NCBI GenBank assembly: GCA_964395965.1
Contig: CAYNDK010000001.1
Location: forward strand, 1-56,956
From: an uncultured Flavobacterium sp.
GTDB lineage: Bacteria; Bacteroidota; Bacteroidia; Flavobacteriales; Flavobacteriaceae
DNA: 56,956 bases
Reading direction: 5' to 3'
Under the pieces are notes generated by a model. It searched no databases, was not told the origin of the DNA, and was given only the letters and a program-made list of their open reading frames with translations. Below, piece after piece: positions 48,816 to 56,956 of the stretch (its first letter is position 1; each line of letters starts with the position of its first letter). The translations under genes were made by a program, and so were the position numbers.

Positions 48816-49622
48816 TTAGAATCGGTTATCCCCGTCGAGTAAATTCCCGAGTCCGCCGAGGATGCTGCCCTCTTCGCGCGAACTGCCACCGGCTTTAGGA
48901 GCTGAGGCTATAATACGATCGGCCAAACGACTAAAGGGTAGCGATTGAACGTACACCGTTCCAGGTCCGCGTAAAGTTGCATAAAACAAACCTTCGCCAC
49001 CAAAAAGCGAATTTTTGATGCCGCCAATAAACTCAATGTCGTAATCCACGTCTTGGGTAAACCCAACAATACAGCCCGTATCTACTTTCAAAACTTCCCC
49101 GTGAGCGAGTTCGCGTTTGGCTAAGGTTCCGCCCGAATGCACAAACGCCATGCCGTCACCTTCGAGTTTTTGCATAATAAATCCTTCACCGCCAAAGAGT
49201 CCGCGCCCGAGTTTTTTCGAGAATTCGATTCCTACAGCTACACCTTTAGCCGCGCAGAGAAACGCATCTTTTTGACAAATAAATTTGCCGTTGAATTGCG
49301 CTAAATCAATGGGAATAATTTTTCCGGGATAAGGAGATGCGAAACACGCTTTGCTTTTGCCGTGATTGTTGTTGATGTAGGCAGTCATAAATAGACTTTC
49401 GCCCGTTAACACCCGCTTTCCAGCGGATAATAATTTGCCAAACAAACCTGAATTTTGGTTTTGTTCGCTGCCGTCGCCAAAGATGGTTTCCATTTGGATG
49501 CCGTTGTCCATCATCATAAAACTTCCGGCTTCAGCGATAACCACTTCTTGAGGGTCCAATTCAATTTCTACGTACTGCATTTCTTCGCCGTAGATGGTAT
49601 AATCAATTTCGTGTGCTTTCAT
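48816..49622 (-). CDS. TIGR00266 / AIM24 family protein
   Basis: [33 protein letters not shown]. Confidence 0.9.
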   Translation of the reverse strand: MKAHEIDYTIYGEEMQYVEIELDPQEVVIAEAGSFMMMDNGIQMETIFGDGSEQNQNSGLFGKLLSAGKRVLTGESLFMTAYINNNHGKSKACFASPYPGKIIPIDLAQFNGKFICQKDAFLCAAKGVAVGIEFSKKLGRGLFGGEGFIMQKLEGDGMAFVHSGGTLAKRELAHGEVLKVDTGCIVGFTQDVDYDIEFIGGIKNSLFGGEGLFYATLRGPGTVYVQSLPFSRLADRIIASAPKAGGSSREEGSILGGLGNLLDGDNRF

Positions 49623-49777
49623 AAATAAGGTTTTGGGTATTAGTTGGAAAAGGCTTACAAAAGTTACATGTGAACGACGGGATGACTACAATTTCCGTAA
49701 ATTAACAAAGAGAATAAGAAAAGCTAAAAAATAATGTTATATTTTTACCATAATGATAACCAATAAACTATAAAATT

Positions 49778-50158
49778 ATGAATTCAATGTTTACGCGAAT
49801 TGTCAGAATCCTGCTCGGACTGATTTTAGTTGTATTTGGCTTAAATAAATTGATGCCGTCACCTTTTATTCCTTTACCTCAATTGCCTCCTGATGCCGCG
49901 GCATTTATGACTTCGTTGGCTTCAACCGGTTATGTGTTAAAAGTGGTGGGGATTTTAGAAGTGGTGATTGGGGCGTTGTTGTTACTCAAAAAATGGGTGG
50001 CCTTTGCCTTAATATTATTGGCTCCGATTTCGTTAAACATTTTGTTATTTCACCTGTTTTTGGATGCATCGGGAATGGCAGTCGCTATAGTCATTGCTGC
50101 CTTAAATGGAATTTTGATTTACAAACACTGGTCGCAATACCGGTCGTTGTTTTTATAA
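49778..50158 (+). CDS. DoxX family membrane protein
   Basis: RILLGL..VFGLNK, four TM segments, NILLFH. Confidence 0.8.
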   Translation: MNSMFTRIVRILLGLILVVFGLNKLMPSPFIPLPQLPPDAAAFMTSLASTGYVLKVVGILEVVIGALLLLKKWVAFALILLAPISLNILLFHLFLDASGMAVAIVIAALNGILIYKHWSQYRSLFL

Positions 50159-50163
50159 AAAAG

Positions 50164-50194
50164 AAAAGCGTTGGAACTCCCAACGCTTTTTTTT
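50164..50194. terminator. Bidirectional intrinsic terminator
   Basis: AAAAGCGTTGG...CCAACGCTTTT. Confidence 0.85.
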
Positions 50195-50876
50195 AATCCA
50201 GATAATCGGGTCGCCCGACATAGCGCATAATGCGTTTTATTTTTGCTTTTCTTTTTTGAATGTACGCCGAAGAATTGATCGGTTTGTATTTTCTCGGATT
50301 GGGTAAGATGGCTGCTATTCCGGCGGCTTCATCTTTGGTCAGACTTTTTACATCATGACCGTACCAATACTTTGAAGCTGCCTCGGCACCGTACACGCCA
50401 TCGCCCATTTCGATACTGTTGAGGTAAACTTCCATGATGCGTTCTTTACTCCAAAAGAGTTCGATGAGCACTGTAAAATAGGCTTCAAATGCTTTACGAA
50501 CATAACTACGGCCTTGCCATAAGAAAACATTTTTGGCCGTTTGTTGCGAAATGGTACTACCGCCTTTGATGCGTCGGCCTTTGTTGTTGTTTTTAAATGC
50601 TTTTTGCATTGCACCAAAATCAAATCCCCAGTGTTTGGTAAATGTGCCGTCTTCACTGGCAATCACCGCTTTTTGTAAATTCACCGAGATACTATCTATG
50701 GGCACCCAATCGTGGTTGCAAATCATTTCTTTGCCATCGAGTTTGTTTTCGATAGCGCGAGTGACCATTAAAGGCGTAAACGGAACCGGTACCCAACGAA
50801 ATAGGATAACGGAGGCGATAGATAAACCGAAAAACCAGAGCATGATTTTTCGTAGTATTTTCCAGAATTTTTTCAT
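50193..50876 (-). CDS. mtgA: Monofunctional peptidoglycan transglycosylase
   Basis: ASEDGTF..H.G, GGSTISQQTAKN, RK..E, YLNSIE, LPNP. Confidence 0.95.
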   Translation of the reverse strand: MKKFWKILRKIMLWFFGLSIASVILFRWVPVPFTPLMVTRAIENKLDGKEMICNHDWVPIDSISVNLQKAVIASEDGTFTKHWGFDFGAMQKAFKNNNKGRRIKGGSTISQQTAKNVFLWQGRSYVRKAFEAYFTVLIELFWSKERIMEVYLNSIEMGDGVYGAEAASKYWYGHDVKSLTKDEAAGIAAILPNPRKYKPINSSAYIQKRKAKIKRIMRYVGRPDYLD

Positions 50877-51992
50877 TTATGTAATAATTTCTGCGAGTTC
50901 TTTTCCGACCAAACTTCCAATCGCAACGCCCATTCCGCCCATGCGTACACCGCAAAAGGTGTTGTTGGAAAGTTGTTCGATTATCGGACTTTTGCTGTTG
51001 CCAATGCCCATGATGCCACTCCAACGGTGTGCGATTTCAACTGTTTTTCCTGGCAAAATAACCTCTTTTAAAAGGTGATCCAAACGATGCTGGATTTTTT
51101 CAGTGATTTCCAACTCGGTGGTTGTTTCGCCTTCAAAATCCAAATTTCGTCCACCGCCCAATAAAATACGGTTTTCAAAATTACGGAAATAATAATAACC
51201 GCGATCCAAGTGAAATGTGCCGCGAATATCGAGATCAGGAATGGGTTTGGTAATCAAAACTTGGGCTCGCGCGGGTTTTACTTCGTTACGGGTTAATACC
51301 CCGGCAAAACCATTGGTGGTAAAAATTAATTTTTGGGTGATAAAAGAGAAATGGTCAAGTTCGATTTCAACCTGTGTTCCTGTATCAACATGATTTTTGA
51401 CTTCCATTTGATTCAAGATGAGGATGCCTGCGGCAGCGGCTTTTTGTAAAAGAAACTGCATCATATTTCCCGTATCAATTTGTGCTTCAAATGGATTGAA
51501 AATTAAATATTCGTGAATGCCTTTAAAGTCAAAACGATCCAATTCACGAGCAAAGACCTCGGTTTTAAATAAGGGTTTTAAGAGTTCGTTGACAAAAGGA
51601 AGTTTTTGCAAACATTCATGATACAGGTTATCATCTTCTTTTAAAAACAACTCATAACCACCATAAGGTTTGAAATCCAGATGGGAATCGCCTACGTTCT
51701 TGCGCAACAGTTGGAGTCCGGCCCAGCGTTTTTGCACCAATTGCATCACTTCTTCTTCGGAATGTGATTTTAAATCGTCAATGATTTCCGAGATACTCCC
51801 AAAGCAGGCAAATCCTGCATTTTTGGTGCTCGCACCTTGGGGTAAAACACCCCGTTCTAATATAAGGATTTTAGCCTGAGGGAAGCGTTCGCGAAGCGTT
51901 AAGGCACAATGAATCCCTACAATACCACTCCCGACAATGGTGAAATCCACGTTTGAAAACCAATTTTTAATCTCCCAAAAGCTAAGTTGCAT
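50877..51992 (-). CDS. FAD-dependent oxidoreductase (DAO family)
   Basis: IVGSGIVG, GASTKNAGF, RWSGIMG; start moved to MQLSFWE. Confidence 0.88.
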   Translation of the reverse strand: MQLSFWEIKNWFSNVDFTIVGSGIVGIHCALTLRERFPQAKILILERGVLPQGASTKNAGFACFGSISEIIDDLKSHSEEEVMQLVQKRWAGLQLLRKNVGDSHLDFKPYGGYELFLKEDDNLYHECLQKLPFVNELLKPLFKTEVFARELDRFDFKGIHEYLIFNPFEAQIDTGNMMQFLLQKAAAAGILILNQMEVKNHVDTGTQVEIELDHFSFITQKLIFTTNGFAGVLTRNEVKPARAQVLITKPIPDLDIRGTFHLDRGYYYFRNFENRILLGGGRNLDFEGETTTELEITEKIQHRLDHLLKEVILPGKTVEIAHRWSGIMGIGNSKSPIIEQLSNNTFCGVRMGGMGVAIGSLVGKELAEIIT

Positions 51993-52194
51993 GTTCAAAA
52001 TTTTGCTAAAATTAAAAGTAATTATTTTTATCAAATAATGAATACTTCTTAAAATATTTAGAAATAATTTGACATAATCAACTAGAATCGCGCTGCAATT
52101 CATCGATTTGTTAATATCTTTTGGGTTTTGTCGCTTAATTCTTAATGAAATCTTAATACTTTCGTTTTTGAATAACCTAAAAAAGCAATTTTAT

Positions 52195-55100
52195 ATGAAG
52201 TACAGATTACTTTCAGTGGCCTTTTTTGCCATCTCCGGATTGGTATCGGCACAGCAAAAGGGATCGGTATGGACACCTGCTTCACGCGGCAATGTTACTT
52301 TATTGGACAGTCGCATGCAGTTGCCTGAAAAAACCCTAATGCAGTTGAATGTGAATGATTTGAAAACGGCGTTGCAGGCAGCTCCAGCACGCAGTTTTAC
52401 AGGAAGATCAAGCAATGTTATTGTTGAGATTCCCAACAGTAAAGGCGATATGGATCGTTTCAGTGTGTATGAGAGTTCGAACATGGACCCAGCACTGGCA
52501 GCTCAATTTCCTGAAATTAAGTCGTATGTAGGTTACGGCATCGACAATCCTACATTGACTGCTTATTTCAGTGTGTCGCCTCTAGGATTTAAGTCAATGG
52601 TATTGGGCGCCGATCGCACAGCGGAGTTCATTGAGCCGTTGACACAAGATTTAACAACATATACTATTTATAAGAAAACGGATCACCAAGCTACAGGAAC
52701 TTTTCGTTGTTTGGTCGATGATGAGCCAGTTTTGGTTAATCAAGCGAATGCTTTAGCGGCACGACCCAATGCTGATGATGCCGTATTGCGCACCTACCGT
52801 TTGGCACTTTCTTGTACTGGAGAGTATACCACTTATTTTGGAGGTACTAAAGCCTTGGCCTTGGCAGCGATGAACAATACCATGACCCGTGTGAATGGTG
52901 TTTTTGAAAAAGACTTCAATGCGCGTATGGTGTTAATTGCCAATAACGATTTGGTGATTTACACTTCGGCATCAACGGATCCGTATTCAGCTGCAGCAAC
53001 AGGTGCTGGAGGAGCATGGAATACCGAATTACAAAACACCTTAACTTCTGTTATTGGAAATGCCAACTATGATGTAGGGCATTTATTTGGAGCAACAGGA
53101 GGCGGAGGAAACGCGGGTTGTATTGGTTGTATTTGTGTGGATGACACTGCGAGTACCACTGATAAAAACAAAGGAAGTGGGTACACTTCTCCAGCTGATG
53201 GAATTCCTTCGGGAGACAACTTTGATATCGACTATGTAGCACACGAATTGGGGCACCAATTTGGAGCAAATCACACCTTTTCGATGAGTAATGAAGGAAC
53301 AGGTGCCAACATGGAACCAGGTTCAGGATCAACCATCATGGGGTATGCCGGAATTACCAGTCAGGATGTACAACCGCATTCGGATGCGTATTTCCATGCC
53401 ATCAGTGTGCAACAAGTAACCAACAATATTAAAGCGAAAACCTGTTCGGTAAATACAGCTACTGGAAATGCAGTGCCTGTGGTGAATGCTGGTTTGGATT
53501 ATACTGTTCCAAAAAGCACACCGTTTATGTTAACAGGTACTGCTTCTGATGCGAATGGTGATGTGATTACCTACAACTGGGAACAGTTTGATAATGCAGC
53601 TTCAACCGCAACTGGAGCGAGTTCGGCAGCTAGTGCTACTCGTACTAGCGGACCGACTTTCCGTTCATACAACTCATCAACCTCTCCTGTGCGTTATTTC
53701 CCTAGAATGCAATCGGTTTTAGCAGGTGCTACAACTACTGCTGGAACAGAGATTAATGTAGAAGCATTACCTTCTGTTGCACGTACCATGAATTTCCGTT
53801 TGACCGTTCGCGATAACCGCGTAGGTGGAGGAACCAATAACAGTGACGATATGATTGTTACCGTAAATGCTACTGCAGGTCCTTTTGCAGTAACTGCGCC
53901 AAACACAGCGGTATCGTATGTAGGAGGAACTTCTCAAACCGTAACTTGGAACGTAGCGGGAACAACTGCGAATGGAGTGAACTGTGCTAATGTAGATATC
54001 TTATTGTCTACAGATGCAGGAACAACTTGGACAACCATTTTAGCAGCGACTCCTAATGACGGAACGCAAGCGGTAACTTTACCTAATACGCCAAGTACAA
54101 CATGTCGTATCATGGTAAAAGGTTCTAACCACATTTTCTTTGATGTGTCAAATGCTAATTTTACCATTACTTCAGGAACTGCAGATACTGTTGCTCCAAC
54201 AGCACCAACATTGGCTGCTTCGGGAACTACAGCAACTTCAACTGTATTGACTTGGTCAGGTGCAACAGATAACGTAGCAGTAACAGGATATGATGTATAT
54301 CAAGGAGCTACCTTATTAGGATCAACAAGTACCACAACTTATACAGTTACCGGTTTAACAGCTTCAACAACATATTCATTTACTGTAAAAGCAAAAGATG
54401 CTGCAGGAAATGTGTCAGCGGCTAGTAATGCCGTTTCTGTAACAACTGCTGCTCCGGATACCACCGCGCCAACTGCGCCCACATTATCAGCATCAGGAAC
54501 AACATCAACAAGCACCAATTTATCATGGACTGGAGCTACAGATAACGTAGCAGTAACGGGTTATGATGTATACCGCGGTACTACGTTGTTGGGTTCAACA
54601 ACGGCTACTACTTATGCGGTTTCCGGCTTAACAGCTTCAACAACCTATACATTTACGGTTCGCGCTAAAGATGCTTCAGGAAATATTTCTGTAGATAGTA
54701 ATGTAGTTTCTGTGACCACTCTTGTTGCTACTGTTACCTATTGTACTTCTCAAGGGAATAGCACAGCTGATGAAAAAATTGGAAGAGTACAATTGGGTAC
54801 CATTAATAATACTTCAACTGGAGCAGCAGGTTATGAGGACTTTACCGCTCTTTCAACCAATCTTGTTCGTGGCGTAGCCAATACAATTACCATTACACCT
54901 TCATGGACAGCAACCAAATATAAAGAAGGATATGCTGTATTTATTGATTTAAATAGAGATGGCGACTTTTTAGATACTGGTGAACGTGTTTATTCAAGAG
55001 CAGCTTCAACGACAACACCTGTAACAGGATCGTTTACAATACCAGCTTCTGCAAGTTTAGGTACGACTCGTATGCGTGTATCCATGAAATACAATGCAAT

Positions 55101-55413
55101 TCCTACAGCTTGTGAAGTGTTCTCTTTTGGACAAGTAGAAGATTACACGGTAAACATTACTTCAACGGCAAGAGGGGAAGAAATGAATACACTTGCAACG
55201 AATGTTTATCCAAATCCAGTACAAGACGTATTGAATCTTTCGGATATTTCGTCGGAGACATCGTATAGAATTCTAAACATGATGGGTCAAGAAGTACAAC
55301 GCGGAACTACTTCTGGTGAAGGGTTACAAGTTGGAAATCTTGCGCCTGGAACGTACTTAATCGAAGTGAGCAACACCAACGGTAGTGCTACTAAACGCTT
55401 CATCAAACAATAA
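52195..55413 (+). CDS. T9SS-secreted reprolysin-like (M12B) zinc metallopeptidase with 2 FN3 domains, GEVED domain and C-terminal sorting domain
   Basis: AHELGHQFGANH plus Met-turn (TIMGY); two DNVAVTGYDVY FN3 repeats; GQVEDY; VYPNP...KRFIKQ; start moved to MKYRLL. Confidence 0.92.
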   Translation: MKYRLLSVAFFAISGLVSAQQKGSVWTPASRGNVTLLDSRMQLPEKTLMQLNVNDLKTALQAAPARSFTGRSSNVIVEIPNSKGDMDRFSVYESSNMDPALAAQFPEIKSYVGYGIDNPTLTAYFSVSPLGFKSMVLGADRTAEFIEPLTQDLTTYTIYKKTDHQATGTFRCLVDDEPVLVNQANALAARPNADDAVLRTYRLALSCTGEYTTYFGGTKALALAAMNNTMTRVNGVFEKDFNARMVLIANNDLVIYTSASTDPYSAAATGAGGAWNTELQNTLTSVIGNANYDVGHLFGATGGGGNAGCIGCICVDDTASTTDKNKGSGYTSPADGIPSGDNFDIDYVAHELGHQFGANHTFSMSNEGTGANMEPGSGSTIMGYAGITSQDVQPHSDAYFHAISVQQVTNNIKAKTCSVNTATGNAVPVVNAGLDYTVPKSTPFMLTGTASDANGDVITYNWEQFDNAASTATGASSAASATRTSGPTFRSYNSSTSPVRYFPRMQSVLAGATTTAGTEINVEALPSVARTMNFRLTVRDNRVGGGTNNSDDMIVTVNATAGPFAVTAPNTAVSYVGGTSQTVTWNVAGTTANGVNCANVDILLSTDAGTTWTTILAATPNDGTQAVTLPNTPSTTCRIMVKGSNHIFFDVSNANFTITSGTADTVAPTAPTLAASGTTATSTVLTWSGATDNVAVTGYDVYQGATLLGSTSTTTYTVTGLTASTTYSFTVKAKDAAGNVSAASNAVSVTTAAPDTTAPTAPTLSASGTTSTSTNLSWTGATDNVAVTGYDVYRGTTLLGSTTATTYAVSGLTASTTYTFTVRAKDASGNISVDSNVVSVTTLVATVTYCTSQGNSTADEKIGRVQLGTINNTSTGAAGYEDFTALSTNLVRGVANTITITPSWTATKYKEGYAVFIDLNRDGDFLDTGERVYSRAASTTTPVTGSFTIPASASLGTTRMRVSMKYNAIPTACEVFSFGQVEDYTVNITSTARGEEMNTLATNVYPNPVQDVLNLSDISSETSYRILNMMGQEVQRGTTSGEGLQVGNLAPGTYLIEVSNTNGSATKRFIKQ

Positions 55414-55431
55414 GTACCGTTTTTTCAATTC

Positions 55432-55462
55432 AAAAAAGACCACTCTTAGGAGTGGTTTTTTT
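55432..55462 (+). terminator. Intrinsic terminator
   Basis: GACCACTC-TTAG-GAGTGGTT followed by a T-run. Confidence 0.8.
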
Positions 55463-55512
55463 ATTACTTTTAAGGCGGAATCACTATTCCCACAAACTAA
55501 ACGTTACGAATT

Positions 55513-56955
55513 ATGAATAAAAAAATTGGCATTGTAATCCTAAGTCTTATGAGTGTTGCTGCAAGTGCGCAAACCCTTACTCCAGAAATGCTCTGGAAAC
55601 TGGGGCGCGTTTCTGTTTTGGGTTTGACCAAAGACGGACAAACAATTGTATATAAAGTTTCAACGCCTTCTGTGGCCGAAAATAAATCGTCATCAAAATA
55701 CTTTACAGTTCCCGTTGTTGGCGGTGCCGCTACCGAGGTTCAAAATGCAGAAGCACTGGTGGCCAACCGCAATCTATCGACCAATGGAAAGTATTTGCTA
55801 TCTTCTCAAGAAACGAAAGTTGAAAAGGTTTTAGGAAAAGACTTTTATCCTGAATTAGAAAAGTCTACAGCGCAAGTCTACAACGGACTCGATTACCGCC
55901 ACTGGGATACCTGGAACGACGGTACCCACAACCATGTGTATTTTGCCGATGCGAAGGATCCCAAAGCCACGCCGTTTGATATTATGGCGGGCGAACCTTT
56001 TGACGCACCCCAAAAACCACATGGGGGAGAAGAAGATTACATTTGGTCACCCAACAACACCATTATTTATGTGTGTAAAAAGAAAGCAGGAACGGCCTAT
56101 GCGATTTCGACCAATACCGATTTGTACGAGTACAATATCGAAACCAAAACCACCCGTAACCTCACCGAAGGGAATTTAGGATACGACACCAATCCGGCGT
56201 TTTCAGCTCAAGGAGTTTTGGCCTATTTGCAAATGCAACGCGACGGCTACGAAGCCGACAAAAATGATATCATCGTTCGCATCAACGATCAAGTGAAAGT
56301 GAATTTAACCGCCGCTTGGGACGGTAGTGTCGATAATTTCATGTGGGCTCCCGATGGTAAAAAAATCTATTTTGTGGCCGCTATCGACGGAACAAAACAA
56401 CTGTTTGAAGTCAACAATCCGGGGCTAACCAAAATTGCGGTAACCGTAAAACAAGTGACCAACGGCGACTTTGATGTGGCCGATATCATTGGGTTTTCAG
56501 GAACCAAAGTGGTCGTGTCACGCACCGACATGAATCACGCCGCTGAGGTGTATACCTATGATTTAAAATCAAAAGTGTGGAATCAAGTGACACATGTAAA
56601 TGATGCGGCCTATGCGAGTTTGAACTTACCCAAATTCGAGCGTCGCTATGTGACCACTACCGATAACAAGAAAATGTTGGTGTGGGTGATTTTACCGCCC
56701 AATTTTGATGCGACCAAAAAATATCCCGCTTTGTTGTATTGCCAGGGCGGACCCCAGTCGCCGCTAACGCAGTCGTATTCGTTCCGTTGGAATTTCTCAT
56801 TAATGGCTTCGCAAGGGTATATCGTGGTGGCGCCCAACCGACGCGGAATGCACGGTCATGGTGTGGCTTGGAACGAACAAATTTCCAAAGATTGGGGCGG
56901 TCAAGTGATGCAAGATTATTTGTCGGCGATTGATGATGTTTCCAAAGAAGCCTAT
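55513..56955 (+). CDS. S9 family peptidase (dipeptidyl-peptidase 5-like); 3' end outside the window
   Basis: Not in the ORF track. MNKKIGIVILSLMSVAASAQTLTPEMLWKLGRVS...YRHWDTW...KKYPALLYCQGGPQS...GYIVVAPNRRG...KDWGG. Confidence 0.88.
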   Translation, partial: MNKKIGIVILSLMSVAASAQTLTPEMLWKLGRVSVLGLTKDGQTIVYKVSTPSVAENKSSSKYFTVPVVGGAATEVQNAEALVANRNLSTNGKYLLSSQETKVEKVLGKDFYPELEKSTAQVYNGLDYRHWDTWNDGTHNHVYFADAKDPKATPFDIMAGEPFDAPQKPHGGEEDYIWSPNNTIIYVCKKKAGTAYAISTNTDLYEYNIETKTTRNLTEGNLGYDTNPAFSAQGVLAYLQMQRDGYEADKNDIIVRINDQVKVNLTAAWDGSVDNFMWAPDGKKIYFVAAIDGTKQLFEVNNPGLTKIAVTVKQVTNGDFDVADIIGFSGTKVVVSRTDMNHAAEVYTYDLKSKVWNQVTHVNDAAYASLNLPKFERRYVTTTDNKKMLVWVILPPNFDATKKYPALLYCQGGPQSPLTQSYSFRWNFSLMASQGYIVVAPNRRGMHGHGVAWNEQISKDWGGQVMQDYLSAIDDVSKEAY

Positions 56956-56956
56956 G

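Noticed and set aside
55646-56933. Short ORFs at the window end
   Set aside because: They are out-of-frame or antisense to the truncated S9 peptidase starting at 55513.

Overview
Core-genome segment of a Flavobacteriaceae (Flavobacterium-like) chromosome, judged from TAnnTTTG promoters, T9SS cargo proteins and a MurF-Alr fusion. It holds about 45 CDS, one tRNA-Ala(GGC) and many intrinsic terminators, with no integrase, transposase, prophage or CRISPR array seen. Housekeeping genes include tadA, dxs, dgt, nrdAB, aspartokinase, fbp, dCMP deaminase, queD, lpxH, recJ, rsmI, tdk, murF-alr, mscL, asd and mtgA. Five items stand out. (1) A six-gene envelope cluster (27.0-33.9 kb) in which every protein carries a Cys pair or heme-c motif, suggesting a trans-outer-membrane thiol/redox relay. 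(2) A probably leaderless His/CxxC-rich ORF ending in the ribosome-arrest motif RAPP, followed by a structured Flavo-1-like RNA and a TonB-dependent metal receptor. (3) An uncharacterised 1133-aa outer-membrane barrel with a SprA-like motif. (4) An exported basic protein with KKDG..DKRFK repeats and a PBCV-basic-adaptor-like tail. (5) A perfect DnaA box overlapping a candidate nrdB promoter. All family assignments come from motif recognition by eye; no searches were run.
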